A stretch of DNA of 64,000 nt from positions 288,001 to 352,000 of the forward strand of contig CAVTJJ010000004.1 in the NCBI GenBank assembly GCA_963735035.1, read 5' to 3'. The DNA comes from an uncultured candidate division Zixibacteria bacterium (GTDB taxonomy: Bacteria; Zixibacteria; MSB-5A5; GN15; FEB-12). The position numbers and the translations under genes are program-made. The notes under the pieces are model-generated. The model was not told where the DNA came from. It saw nothing but the letters and a program-made list of their open reading frames with translations, and searched no databases. This document shows positions 48,139-60,835 of this stretch, one piece after another; positions within the stretch are counted from its first letter, which is position 1, and each line of letters starts with the position of its first letter.

Positions 48139-49980
48139 GTGGCCGAGCCTAGTCGGGAAACTCTCCCCAAAGCCCTTACTCCACTGCTCGTCTGGGCGGT
48201 GGTGTTTTGCGATATAGGAACTTCGGTTTACTACTCGCCGGGTATTCTCTACGGTCAGATAGGGAGCCTGACCCCGTTGATGGTTATGGCGGTCACCGTG
48301 GGCTTCCTTCTGTTGGCCATCAAGTACGTCGAAATATGCTGGCGCAATCCCGAAGGTGGCGGCGTTGTCACCGTGGCCTCACGGGCATTCTCTCCGCGCT
48401 GGGGCCTGTTCGGCGGTCTCTTGATCACGGTCGACTATTTCCTGACTTCGGCGGTCTCGGCCATATCCGGGATGCACTATCTCGGCTCTCTGTTCCCGTC
48501 TTTTCAATCCTATGCCGTCTTGATCGCGGTGGTGGCGCTGATCTTTCTCGCCGTAATCAATGTCATCGGTATTCGCGAGAGCGCCGGACTGTCGCTGACC
48601 ATGGGCGTCGCCGCGTTTGCAGTGGCCATTGTCGTGGTAGCGATTACGATCTACATGATGTCTAACGCCGACTGGACCTCGGTTGGCAACCACCTGACCG
48701 TCCCCGAAGACGTCCGCTTTCCGACTCTTCTGGTGGGCTTCGGGGGCGCCTGGCTGGCTTTCTCAGGGCTGGAGAGTATTTCCCAGTTGAGCCCCGCCAT
48801 GCGGCTGCCGGTGGATAAGACGGCACGTCGCGGCATGTGGCTGGTGATCATCAGCGTGGTGGCGACATCACCACTGCTGACTCTTTTGTCCGTATCGATT
48901 GTGCCTGAATCCATCAAGGCCACGCGCGCCGAGCGATTTATTTCGGAACTGGCCGATGTCTACGGCGGCCTGCCGATGAAAGCAGCAGTTGTGGTAACGG
49001 CCTCGGTGCTGCTTCTCTTTGCAGCCAACACTGCCATTATCGGGGGATACCATGTATTCCTGGCCCTCTCCAAACAGGGTTTTCTTCCGCAAGTACTCAC
49101 ACGCCGCAACAAACGGTTCAAGACCCCACACATGGCCATTCTTTTGGCTACGGTGGTGCCGGTCGGTGTGCTGATATTCACGAAGGGCAATATCACTCTG
49201 TTGGGCGAGATGTACGCCTTTGGACTACTCGGAGCGTTCACGCTCAGTTCGCTCGGACTCGATGTTATCCGCTGGCGGGATCATCAACGTGGCTGGATGT
49301 TCATCGTGGGTCTGTTTACGACTCTCCTGGTCATGGTGGCGTGGGGCGTTGTGCTAGTCACCAAGCATCAGGCGACAATTTTCGGCGGCACGATCGTAGT
49401 GATAGGTATGCTTGTAGCGGTGCCCTTCAAGCAGGGGCTTTTCACTGCCTGGCTCTACCGGGTTCCCCTTGTTGACCGGTTGGCTACCCGCAAGATCGCC
49501 ATCGCGGAGCGTGACGTTGAAGAGGCCACCGAGTTGATCTCGCTGAGCGCTGCGGAAAATATCGCTCCGCTTTATCCCTCACACACGCTGGTCGCCGTGC
49601 TCGGTCAGAACCCATATCTCATAGGCGAGGCGATCACCCGCGAGAAAGGGTTGGGCGGGAAGTTCGTTTACGCGATTCATGTCGAGGAACGACCCGGCCT
49701 GTTTGTCGATGCCGCTGCGAAACCGTCGCAGGAAGCGGTCGATTCGCTTCTTTTCGCCTACGCCGAGGCGCAGAAACACAACTTCACGCTGATCCCCGTC
49801 TGGACCATCTCGTATGCGGCCTCCGAAGGCATCGCCCGCGCGGCCACGGTGCTGGCGGTCGATACGGTCGCACTGGGGGTAGGGCGCCGCAGTTCAATCT
49901 ACCATCTCTTGCGCGGTCATGTAATTAACAACCTGATCAAGCGTTTGCCGGAAAAGTGCCACCTCTGGCTGGTTAACTAG
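48139..49980 (+). CDS. APC-family permease with C-terminal USP-like cytoplasmic domain
   Basis: DIGTSVYY, PEGGG, AFSGLESIS, LGEMYAFG; USP-like tail. Confidence 0.85.
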   Translation: MAEPSRETLPKALTPLLVWAVVFCDIGTSVYYSPGILYGQIGSLTPLMVMAVTVGFLLLAIKYVEICWRNPEGGGVVTVASRAFSPRWGLFGGLLITVDYFLTSAVSAISGMHYLGSLFPSFQSYAVLIAVVALIFLAVINVIGIRESAGLSLTMGVAAFAVAIVVVAITIYMMSNADWTSVGNHLTVPEDVRFPTLLVGFGGAWLAFSGLESISQLSPAMRLPVDKTARRGMWLVIISVVATSPLLTLLSVSIVPESIKATRAERFISELADVYGGLPMKAAVVVTASVLLLFAANTAIIGGYHVFLALSKQGFLPQVLTRRNKRFKTPHMAILLATVVPVGVLIFTKGNITLLGEMYAFGLLGAFTLSSLGLDVIRWRDHQRGWMFIVGLFTTLLVMVAWGVVLVTKHQATIFGGTIVVIGMLVAVPFKQGLFTAWLYRVPLVDRLATRKIAIAERDVEEATELISLSAAENIAPLYPSHTLVAVLGQNPYLIGEAITREKGLGGKFVYAIHVEERPGLFVDAAAKPSQEAVDSLLFAYAEAQKHNFTLIPVWTISYAASEGIARAATVLAVDTVALGVGRRSSIYHLLRGHVINNLIKRLPEKCHLWLVN

Positions 49981-50116
49981 TTTCGGGACCCGCCGTCACA
50001 CACCAAAGTTTTTGGGTGACTGGCATCTGATAATCCTGTTGAATTTGGGAGGTTGGGCGGGTTGGCAGGTCGAAACCCGTGTGGTTTCGACATTATGCCT
50101 TTTCACCCCACTCAAC

Positions 50117-50297
50117 CGGAGTGTTGAAAATGTATATGTACTCGTCATTGCGAGCGAAGATGGCCCGCCGTCAGGCGGGACATCGTAGCGCGGCAATCTC
50201 AAGATTGTTGCGGCAGTGCTATTTGAGATCGCCACGTCTCGCCCACGAGGCGCGGTCGAGACTCGCGATGACAGCGAAAGCACTTTTGCAACATCCC
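50117..50297 (+). mobile_element. MITE-like element (RPE core with terminal inverted repeats)
   Basis: ggagtgttgaaaa ... cttttgcaacatccc around the 50144-50272 core. Confidence 0.75.
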
Positions 50298-50331
50298 CCG
50301 ACGGGTGGGAATTTGTACGTGTGAGGAAGAT

Positions 50332-50835
50332 ATGAAACGCAAAGTAACCCTTCGAGGCATTCTCATCGTTCTGGTCGTGTTGATTGTGGTCGCGCAGCTC
50401 GTACCGGTCACGCGGGACAATCCGCCGATCCAGTCCGATTTCAACGACAACGCCGCGGTGAAGCAGGTGCTGAAGAAGTCCTGCTATGATTGCCATTCCA
50501 ACGAGTCGGTTTGGCCCTGGTATAGCTATGTCGCGCCGGTGTCGTGGCTGGTGGCGAGCGACGTTCATGAAGCGCGCCAGAAGATCAATTTCTCCAACTG
50601 GGGTCTGATGCCGGCGACGAAACAAAAGCTCGCCCCGCAAAATATGCTGGATGAAATCGACGAAGGCGGCATGCCGCTGCCTATATACCTGATCATGCAT
50701 TCCAACGCCAAGCTGACCGACGCCGATAAGGCGACCATTCGCGCCTGGGTGGAAGGTGGTACGTCAAGCGACACAACCGGCAGTACGACAGGCGACACGA
50801 CCAAACCGGTCGAGCCGGAAGAAGAGAGCGAGTAG
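50332..50835 (+). CDS. Haem-binding (cytochrome c-type) protein
   Basis: SCYDCHS, WPWYSYVAPVSW, MPL..YLIMH; start at ATG 50332. Confidence 0.9.
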   Translation: MKRKVTLRGILIVLVVLIVVAQLVPVTRDNPPIQSDFNDNAAVKQVLKKSCYDCHSNESVWPWYSYVAPVSWLVASDVHEARQKINFSNWGLMPATKQKLAPQNMLDEIDEGGMPLPIYLIMHSNAKLTDADKATIRAWVEGGTSSDTTGSTTGDTTKPVEPEEESE

Positions 50836-50879
50836 TCGGTTTGGGTGGCCCACCCGCTGCTATGTACTGTGTCAAGGGC

Positions 50880-51070
50880 TTTCTGTTCAGGCATAGGACT
50901 CGAACCAGTCTGCTATTCGTGGTCGCTGACTGGCAGCGCCACAGGCAATGTATCCGCTCGTGACCTGGCGAGGCAGCAGACTTGCGGACGTGGTCTCGGT
51001 TGGCCCGAGCCACAGCGGGTGGGTCGCTGTTCTCGCGTTAGCTTGGTACGGTTCCGACTCCTTGGTTATC
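50880..51070 (-). ncRNA. Candidate IS110 bridge/seek RNA
   Basis: Stem-internal loop-stem at 50968-51036 whose loop strands match both flanks of the insertion site. Confidence 0.7.
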
Positions 51071-52129
51071 TTAGGCGGCCGCACACGGCTCATAGGCAAC
51101 GTTATCAAGCAGAACCCGCCTGACTGCCAAGACCAGTCGTCGAGCTACCGCCACTATGGCTCGTTTGCCGCCGGCACGTTGCTTGATCCGGTTATAGACC
51201 AGTTGTAAGTGTGGGTCCTTCCGAACGGCAATCCAGGACGATTCCACTAACAAGCCCCGAAGATAGCTGTTGCCCGTGCCGGTAATCCGACCCATCCGGA
51301 CATGATCACCGCTGGAATACTGCGAAGGTGTCAGTCCCACATAAGCCGCCAATTGCTCAGCCCGTCCAAAACGACCGACCTCATGCAATTCCAACAGCAG
51401 AGCCATCGCCGTAATAACCCCTATGCCGGGAACGCTACTTAACAGCCGAACTCGATCACGATACTGTGGCAGTCGTGACAACTCCCGCAACAGTCGTGTC
51501 TGCAACGCCAGCTGGTTACTTACCAGATCGTACATCTCCAACAACCGCTCGTAGCTCGCCTGAGCCCAGACATCTGCCAAACACACCTGTCTCAGACGCT
51601 CTAATAACGGACCGGTCCACCGACCCGTCCCACTGCACACTGAAATACCATATAAGGCCAACTCCGATTTGATCCGACTCTGAAGACGTACCCGATCTTG
51701 AACCAATTGACGACGACGACGTAAGACCTCTCGGTGACCCCGCTGACTCTCATCCGGAACCCAGACCTTCTTCAACAACCCTAACGACAGCAACCAGGCC
51801 AGCTTCCGGCTATCCCGCTTGTCCGTCTTCACCCGATTACCGTAGGCCATCGGCACCAAGCTCGGCGGCGTTACTACGCACTGACCACCCCACGCTACCA
51901 CACAGTCGTGCAGCCAAAAACCAGAAAAACCCGCCTCGTAAACCACGGACACACACCCAGGATCATACCGATCCAGCAAACACCGCAAAGACGCCCAATC
52001 CCCGTTAATGCTGCCACAGAACAGTTCCACTTCTAACGTCCTCACCGTGACAAACCACTGACGCTTGTGAACATCCACGCCAACAAAAACAGCACTTCCC
52101 ACTTCCGCTCCAACTTCGTACCTTCTCAT
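51071..52129 (-). CDS. IS110-family transposase/recombinase
   Basis: VGVDVHK, YEAG, KTDKRDS (DEDD RuvC-like), VPGIG, YVGLTPSQYSSG, AIVAVARRL. Confidence 0.95.
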   Translation of the reverse strand: MRRYEVGAEVGSAVFVGVDVHKRQWFVTVRTLEVELFCGSINGDWASLRCLLDRYDPGCVSVVYEAGFSGFWLHDCVVAWGGQCVVTPPSLVPMAYGNRVKTDKRDSRKLAWLLSLGLLKKVWVPDESQRGHREVLRRRRQLVQDRVRLQSRIKSELALYGISVCSGTGRWTGPLLERLRQVCLADVWAQASYERLLEMYDLVSNQLALQTRLLRELSRLPQYRDRVRLLSSVPGIGVITAMALLLELHEVGRFGRAEQLAAYVGLTPSQYSSGDHVRMGRITGTGNSYLRGLLVESSWIAVRKDPHLQLVYNRIKQRAGGKRAIVAVARRLVLAVRRVLLDNVAYEPCAAA

Positions 52130-52479
52130 CTGAGCCTCCTGTTCTAAGGATCTATCGTTGTCTTCAGACCACGATACGATACCTTGTCCGAACAGAGGCT
52201 CAAATCACGAACAGTATCATAGTTACTTGCGGGTGGGATTGTGTCGTGCGCCGAGGGTGGATTCAATCTCTGATCGGCAGGGTTCCATCCCTGCCGGTTC
52301 TTGTATCGGCCGGTTCGGTGCCCCAGCGCTTGCGCTGGGCTTGAAGAACTCTTGACGCAATCTGATTGTTGGGCTATTATTCCATCATGCGAATTTGGTG
52401 TGCGGGGCTTTGTCACGAAGACCATAAACTCACCTGCAAGCAGGTGAGCGACTTGGACAAAGAATTGTGCGGTGGCAAT

Positions 52480-53421
52480 ATGAGACATTGTGTGATGAGT
52501 CTTGTCGTGTGTTTCGTGGCGCTATGGGTAGTCTTGGCTTCGAAAGTGCTCAGCAGTGATGAGATCGGTAGTTTGGACATACGTTCCATACCTGGCAATG
52601 ATGATTATGGGTTGGCATCTGCGCACACGACTCCGGATGGCAAGCAGTTTGTATATTATCTTTGCGTTCGTGGCGGTAGCGACACGGTTGAGTATACTCG
52701 TGTGATTGACTCTATAATGTCCTGTGTCCCAATCAAACCGTCCGATTCGCTTGACCTCAGCTATCTCGCCTGCAAGAGTGACAGTGTCATTCTATTGGCC
52801 CTCGATATCCTTAAGCCGCATGTCCGGGATACACTGCTCACGCTGTTCTTTCCCGATTGCTCGATTGGAAAGATCAACACGTACTTCTTTTCCAGAAGAG
52901 AAGCATTGCTTGGGCTGAGCGGTCTTCTTCCTGACTCCACTGGTGAGCCATGGCATGTCATTATTGGCAGGATTACATCGCGGGATAGCATGGACACAAT
53001 CGCTTATGTTTCAGGGGGTAATTCCGTCACACTTTCAAGTGATGGCACCGAGGTGTTTCTCAACCGCTTCACCAAATTCGCTCCCAACACTATACCTACC
53101 ATTTCTACGGCCGTGTACGATCTCGTGGCCGATTCGCTCTTGGATCCGCTGAGCAAAGCAACAAACACTAGTGGCGCTTTTCGGTTAGCGCGTGAACTCC
53201 CGCTATACTACCTGAGAGCTGATCCGGTGTCCGGGACCAACGTATGGAGGTGGGATGCCATCAGGGGAGAAGAGCAGGTATCTCATTTCTTGTTACCCCA
53301 ATGGGTGACACGCTTCAATCTAACTAAGGATTCGGTTCTGTGTGTTGTTGTGGACCAATCCCATAAGACTGCTGGCGAACTAATTGTGTCTATCCCGCTG
53401 GAAGCTTCTGGTATCAAGTAG
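52480..53421 (+). CDS. Hypothetical exported beta-rich protein
   Basis: Signal-like N-terminus; TPDGKQF and SSDGTEV resemble PD40/propeller turns. Confidence 0.55.
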   Translation: MRHCVMSLVVCFVALWVVLASKVLSSDEIGSLDIRSIPGNDDYGLASAHTTPDGKQFVYYLCVRGGSDTVEYTRVIDSIMSCVPIKPSDSLDLSYLACKSDSVILLALDILKPHVRDTLLTLFFPDCSIGKINTYFFSRREALLGLSGLLPDSTGEPWHVIIGRITSRDSMDTIAYVSGGNSVTLSSDGTEVFLNRFTKFAPNTIPTISTAVYDLVADSLLDPLSKATNTSGAFRLARELPLYYLRADPVSGTNVWRWDAIRGEEQVSHFLLPQWVTRFNLTKDSVLCVVVDQSHKTAGELIVSIPLEASGIK

Positions 53422-53637
53422 TTGGTCGGGTGGGGGGCAATCTGTCGGTATCAATACTCATCCATAAACGAAGAAATCGGCAGGCCCGGAGGCCTGCCGA
53501 CTCTTGCATCTACTCTGCGAGCGAACCCACAGCAAGCTGTGGGGTACCCATACATAAAAGCGCCGTCAGGCAGAGACGCCTGACGGCACGGTTACTTACA
53601 TGGGGCAGACCAGGAGGTCTGCCGCCCACATATCTTT

Positions 53638-54978
53638 CTACAACAGCTCGATCTTCTGGCGATTCTTGGTCACGAGCTTTGTGGCGTTGCGTGTGTCAAA
53701 CACAGCCTTCGCGTTATCCACGATGAACTGATAATCATACTTCGTATGATTCGTCAGAATCACCACCAGGTCGGCCGACTTCAACGCTGCCGCCGTCAGC
53801 CCAACCGATTTCGCAATCCCGCCCTTCCAGCGGAAAGTCGGCACGTGTGGATCGTTGTAGATCACCTTCGCGCCGGCATCCTCAAGCAGCTTGATGACAT
53901 CCAGCGACGGCGATTCGCGCACATCCTTGATGTCCTTCTTGTAGGCGATCCCCAGCACGAGAATCTTCATCTTGCTGACGGAACGGGCGAAGCGGTCGTT
54001 CATCATCCGTCCGATACGGGCAACCACATACTCCGGCATGTTAGAGTTGATCTCACCGGCCAATTCGATGAAATGAGCGTAATAGTTCAGTGACTTCAGT
54101 TTCCACGACAGATAGTGCGGATCGATCGGTATGCAATGTCCCCCCAAACCTGGGCCGGGATAGAACGGCATGAAACCGAACGGCTTGGTCGCGGCGGCGT
54201 CGATGATCTCCCACACGTTGAGTTTCAACCGGTCACACATCAATGCCACTTCGTTCACGAGACCGATATTCACCGAGCGGAACGTATTCTCAAGCAACTT
54301 GACCATCTCGGCCGCTTTGGTCGATGACACCGGCTGCACCGAACTCACCGACTGCTCGTAAAACTTCTTGGCCACCAGGATGCAATCATTGGTCACGCCG
54401 CCGACCACGCGGGGCGTATTCTCAGTTTTGAATTTGGGATTGCCCGGATCGACGCGTTCCGGCGAGAAGGCGAGGAAGAAATCTTCGCCCGCTTTCATTT
54501 TGAGACTTTCGAACATCGGCAGAATCAACTCATCGGTTGTGCCGGGATAAGTAGTCGACTCCAGCACCACCAGCGCGCCCTTCTTGACATTCCCAATCAC
54601 CCAGTCCATGGCGGCCAGGATGAAGCTGACGTCCGGGTCTTTCGTCTTGGAAAGAGGCGTCGGCACGCAGATTGAAATCGTGTCCATCTGGCGCAGATGT
54701 TTCGGATCGAAGGTCGCCTTGAAATGTCCCGAGTTGACCGCGTTGGCAACAACTTCATTGGGGATGTCATCGATATCCGACTTGCCCGAATTGAGCAGTT
54801 TGACTTTTGTCTGGGCGATATCGAAACCGGTGACTTTGAAACCGGCCTCGGCCATAACCATGGCGAGCGGCAGTCCGACATATCCCAGACCGATAATGCC
54901 CACGCGGGCGGTACGGTCATCGATCTTCTTTATCAGCGCTTTAGCCGCCGGTGATTTTACGCGGGTGGCAATAGCCAT
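53638..54978 (-). CDS. UDP-N-acetyl-hexosamine 6-dehydrogenase family (WbpA/TviB/WecC-like)
   Basis: GLGYVGLP, CVPTP, LESTTYPGTT, SPERVDPGN, KLLENTFR, GGHCIPIDP. Confidence 0.92.
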   Translation of the reverse strand: MAIATRVKSPAAKALIKKIDDRTARVGIIGLGYVGLPLAMVMAEAGFKVTGFDIAQTKVKLLNSGKSDIDDIPNEVVANAVNSGHFKATFDPKHLRQMDTISICVPTPLSKTKDPDVSFILAAMDWVIGNVKKGALVVLESTTYPGTTDELILPMFESLKMKAGEDFFLAFSPERVDPGNPKFKTENTPRVVGGVTNDCILVAKKFYEQSVSSVQPVSSTKAAEMVKLLENTFRSVNIGLVNEVALMCDRLKLNVWEIIDAAATKPFGFMPFYPGPGLGGHCIPIDPHYLSWKLKSLNYYAHFIELAGEINSNMPEYVVARIGRMMNDRFARSVSKMKILVLGIAYKKDIKDVRESPSLDVIKLLEDAGAKVIYNDPHVPTFRWKGGIAKSVGLTAAALKSADLVVILTNHTKYDYQFIVDNAKAVFDTRNATKLVTKNRQKIELL

Positions 54979-55002
54979 ACAAGACACTCCGTTTTCTTGC
55001 GT

Positions 55003-56945
<1,943 letters not shown>

Positions 56946-57138
56946 CTAGTCCTTCCACCCGGGGGCCTTGTTATCAAGCACTCATCTGTGCGGCCGGCCG
57001 GGATCACATGTAGCTCAGGTCAGGGCGAATATAGGTTCATCGGTATTGTCGGTCAACTCGAAAGGAAATAACAGTTTAGTCTGGGGAATTGACCCCGGAC
57101 AGTTCTAGTATATATTGTACCCTTCTGACTGAAAGGAG

Positions 57139-58131
57139 ATGCCTGTGCGGAACATCGTCCTGGCGCTGTCGGTTCTTCTGACGGCGGTTTCGACCTATTC
57201 GATCGACCTGAAAACCAAAGGAGCCGCTATGCCGGAACCGGATACCTACAACGCCGATTCCCTTTTGGCCGAGGCCGACAGCCTCTTTCAGCAACAAGAA
57301 TACGACAGCGCTCTGGCGCGGTACACCCAGGCCCTGGAAAGCGGCCGCAAGGAGTTCAACCGCCCGGTGGAAACCGAGGCTCTGGCCCAGATTGCCCGGG
57401 TGAACATTGCGACCGGCAAGCTCGACGAAGCACGAAAATGGCTGGCCGAAGCCGTTAAGCGGGCTTCCGACAGCGACCCACTCGGTTGGTCGCGCTATCT
57501 CAGCGTCAAGGGGCGGCTGGAGTGGAGAGACAACGATCTCAAGAAGGCTCGTACCACTTTCGATGACATGTACGTCTATTGCAACACGAACGCCCTCTGG
57601 TCGCGCGCGGTCGACGCCTGCAACATGATCGCGATTGTGGCCGACACTCCCGAAGAGCAGATCGAATGGTCGAAGCTCGGAATCAAAACGGCCGAGGCCG
57701 GTGGCTCCGAACACTGGCTCGGACCGCTCTGGAACAACCTGGGGGCCGTCTATTACGACAATAAACAGTTTGATTTGGCGCTCGATGCTTTTCTCCGGGC
57801 GCACGACTATCACTGGCATTATTCCAACGAGACGGCCAAACTGTTCGCCGATTATCATGTTGGCATGGCCTATCGCGCGGTCGGACAGCTCGACAAGGCT
57901 GCCCAGTGGCTGCGACCGGTACTAGCGTGGGCGGAACGACTGGAAAACCACTCAGCCATCGCCCAGGCATGTGAGGATCTGGGAGAGATTGCGATTTCTA
58001 CGGGAAAGAAGAGCGATGGCCTGGCGCTTCTGAAACGGGCCCGCGATGAATACAAATTGGCCGGATTCGATCAATCGGCTCCGGAAATCTGGACAAATAT
58101 CAACAATCGCCTGAAGGCGCTGGGAGATTGA
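57139..58131 (+). CDS. Exported TPR-repeat protein
   Basis: AAAGGAG RBS, signal peptide, TPR helices (LWNNLGAVYY...). Confidence 0.8.
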   Translation: MPVRNIVLALSVLLTAVSTYSIDLKTKGAAMPEPDTYNADSLLAEADSLFQQQEYDSALARYTQALESGRKEFNRPVETEALAQIARVNIATGKLDEARKWLAEAVKRASDSDPLGWSRYLSVKGRLEWRDNDLKKARTTFDDMYVYCNTNALWSRAVDACNMIAIVADTPEEQIEWSKLGIKTAEAGGSEHWLGPLWNNLGAVYYDNKQFDLALDAFLRAHDYHWHYSNETAKLFADYHVGMAYRAVGQLDKAAQWLRPVLAWAERLENHSAIAQACEDLGEIAISTGKKSDGLALLKRARDEYKLAGFDQSAPEIWTNINNRLKALGD

Positions 58132-58181
58132 TCAGCGATGGTTATCCACGAAGTGCCCAGCGGTATCGATTTGGTGAAATT

Positions 58182-60614
58182 CTAGTTTCCTCTCTGTTTC
58201 CGAATTTTCTTTTCGTATTTCTGTCGCCCCCTATCCTTCTTCTCTTGTCTGGCTAGGTTCTCGCGCAACTTCCGGTTCTCTTCCGCAAGAGAAGATATCA
58301 CTTCTTCTTTCTCATAAAGGCTTTGCTTCAGGAAACTGTGAGCGACGCCTTCGCGGACCCGCTCTCTGTACTGGGCGGCAACCTGAGCTGCGATAGTCAC
58401 GCAAGCACTGACCTCAGTCTGGTCAAGGTCATCCTCAGAGGTAGATCTGATACTGTAGAAACGCTCCTGAATTCCACGCATGCGAGCTTCATTTGTGATC
58501 TCGGCTAGTTTTGGAAAGTCGTGTCTGACGACGCTTCGATTAACAAGAAAGTCGCCAATCAACGCATCGAAATCCAGTGCGCGTTTTAGTGAAGCTGACA
58601 ACGCCGCGGAAAACAGCAGGTTGGGCATCTCGAGAGGGCTTGAGGCGACTTCGTTAGTAAGAAACAAATATGGTAGCATGAACTCGTAAAACTCCGGAGC
58701 TGTGACCAAGAAAGGATAATTACCCGCACCACCCCTTCTCACTCTAGCGAGCCCGAAGTCACAAGTAACGAAGATACTCTCACATTCCAGAGGAGTGCTT
58801 CCATGACAATCCAGTGAAGACAGGCAGTTTGCATCGTGCAGTACTTTTGAATGATACACTGACACCTGCCCCGGGATTTCTAATTGCTTTGAAACGGGGT
58901 TGAATCTCTTCTTGGCCTGCCAAACAAGGTCAAAGACGATACCCAGATCCGCTTGGTTCTTAAATGGTGCCAAGGTCTCATAGATCAGACCTCCATTCAG
59001 CGGAGATTTACTGGGATCCGAGAAGATGTTACTGCCAGGCATATCGCTGTCGGCAGCGACTTTATGCACAGAGACAGCATAGCGAAAATCATTCCGATAT
59101 GCACCTGGATTGGATGAAAACTCTCTCATGATCCAAGACGAGTCGGGCCGACCAATAATCGAGAGACCATGGTCGGACTCGTAGTTCCTCAAGGATGAAT
59201 CAAGCGAGTCATTGTACTCCTCCAAGCTTCTGTCGAATATGCAAATCTCCGCTCCCAAATCGGCAAGCTTGTTTAGGGAGAACCGTAAACTGTCTTGGAA
59301 CTCACTATATCCACACATTACTGCATAGAAAGCATTCGTGTCTAAGAATATCCTCTTCCCACGTATCGCATCTCGCTGTGTCTGCGCAAATTTCTGGTTT
59401 TGGTTTAGGTAGTAAAGCAGTAGCACATTGTGAAAAATCGCAGCAACATACATGTTGTCTCTGCTGTGATCGACAACCTGCCGGAGTGCTCTCAGAAAGA
59501 CTCCCTTCAAATAGTGGAATCTCTCGGGGTCGTTTGCTAATACAGGCTCAAGTCCCGACCGGACGATGTAGTCAAACTGGCTGCTTTCTCCGAGCCTCTC
59601 GAAGAGCGTCTGGCTTGATTGGAAGTAATTTGCCATAAAACGGATTTCCAGAAATACTGAACACAGAAATTCCTCCACGAGCTTACTTACATCTAACTTG
59701 CTCAGGATATCGGATACCTCAAGGCCACTCTCATTGGAGATTGCCTTTGCGACCCGATTGATGGTATCGGTTTTTGAAATGGCCAGGCTCTTTCTGGTTT
59801 GAACGAGAGCTTCCTGGGCTGATGTTGTCAGTTCAAAGTTGCCTTCCTCGTCCATTTGCAGGGTATCTGAAGCCTCGGCCTCTTCGATAATTTTCTTTTC
59901 TGTCCACCCACGGAGGCCACGTTTCTCCAACCACTTAGCGATGGCTGCCACATCCACTTTGCCACCCCTGCGCTCAGAAATGCACTCCATCATGAGAACC
60001 TGCAGAGAACGTGTCCTGACTTCGCTCCCCTTCGGATCAGCGATGAATAGAGCGTGGACCAGCGCGGAGTCCTCAACCAGCCTTGGGTTCGCATAGCTGG
60101 CCTCAAATATCTGCTCTTTTCTCTTATCGCTGATAGCGATAGTTCCGCGCCGGAGGAATTGTACTAATGTGGGGTCTGTTCTTTGAAGTATTCGACTAGT
60201 AACGCCGATCGTTCCTGGACCGAACCCCTTCTCGATCTTGCTTACAACCTCAAACGGCTCGCCGACAAGCTCCAATCTATCCAATATGAACTGTTCACTA
60301 ATTTCCCCAACGTCCATTACAGCTCTGCAGTCCGGCAGAGAAGGTACGAGGCCGCACCATTCTTTCATGAATTCAATTGTTGCTCGGAGGGCGACTGTTG
60401 GTTTCTCCAAGATCACGTGTATGCAATCACCCTGGGCACTGTAGATACTCCCCTTTGGATAGTTGTCTTCACCGTATGGATAACAGCATTTGACCTTTTC
60501 CAGTAGCTTGGCCAGCACTTCCTTCCGCGCACCTGTCGGATCGGAAGGATTGCGATCAAAGAACTTCTTGGATCCACACAGGTCAATCTTCACGATAACT
60601 TTGTGCTGTGCCAT
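58182..60614 (-). CDS. Class III nucleotide-cyclase-like domain fused to a PIN-like nuclease domain
   Basis: N-terminal VKIDLCGS and AQGDC; C-terminal IFLDTN, EEY, HDA, FVTCD; terminal coiled coil. Confidence 0.65.
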   Translation of the reverse strand: MAQHKVIVKIDLCGSKKFFDRNPSDPTGARKEVLAKLLEKVKCCYPYGEDNYPKGSIYSAQGDCIHVILEKPTVALRATIEFMKEWCGLVPSLPDCRAVMDVGEISEQFILDRLELVGEPFEVVSKIEKGFGPGTIGVTSRILQRTDPTLVQFLRRGTIAISDKRKEQIFEASYANPRLVEDSALVHALFIADPKGSEVRTRSLQVLMMECISERRGGKVDVAAIAKWLEKRGLRGWTEKKIIEEAEASDTLQMDEEGNFELTTSAQEALVQTRKSLAISKTDTINRVAKAISNESGLEVSDILSKLDVSKLVEEFLCSVFLEIRFMANYFQSSQTLFERLGESSQFDYIVRSGLEPVLANDPERFHYLKGVFLRALRQVVDHSRDNMYVAAIFHNVLLLYYLNQNQKFAQTQRDAIRGKRIFLDTNAFYAVMCGYSEFQDSLRFSLNKLADLGAEICIFDRSLEEYNDSLDSSLRNYESDHGLSIIGRPDSSWIMREFSSNPGAYRNDFRYAVSVHKVAADSDMPGSNIFSDPSKSPLNGGLIYETLAPFKNQADLGIVFDLVWQAKKRFNPVSKQLEIPGQVSVYHSKVLHDANCLSSLDCHGSTPLECESIFVTCDFGLARVRRGGAGNYPFLVTAPEFYEFMLPYLFLTNEVASSPLEMPNLLFSAALSASLKRALDFDALIGDFLVNRSVVRHDFPKLAEITNEARMRGIQERFYSIRSTSEDDLDQTEVSACVTIAAQVAAQYRERVREGVAHSFLKQSLYEKEEVISSLAEENRKLRENLARQEKKDRGRQKYEKKIRKQRGN

Positions 60615-60835
60615 CGGTCTCCCATCCTCTTTGCTGGACTATTTCTATCGCTGTTATTGCGTTCGTTCGTCAGGACCTCCGGTTCGGTGCATCTGAACTT
60701 ATAGACAAATTCAGCATAGCATGTTATGTCGCAACGGTCAACTGAAAATCTCCCGGTTTTGAGTTGCGGAACTGTCCTCTTGTTCAGTATGGTGCTGCAG
60801 ATAGCGTGAGCTGCCACTTAGAGAGGTAACCCAGA

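Larger units (their letters stand above)
50860..52227 (-). mobile_element. IS110-family insertion sequence with a CT core at both junctions
   Basis: CT at 50860-61 and 52226-27; the flanks rejoin into the hairpin cccacccgc-tgCTt-gcgggtggg. Confidence 0.85.
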
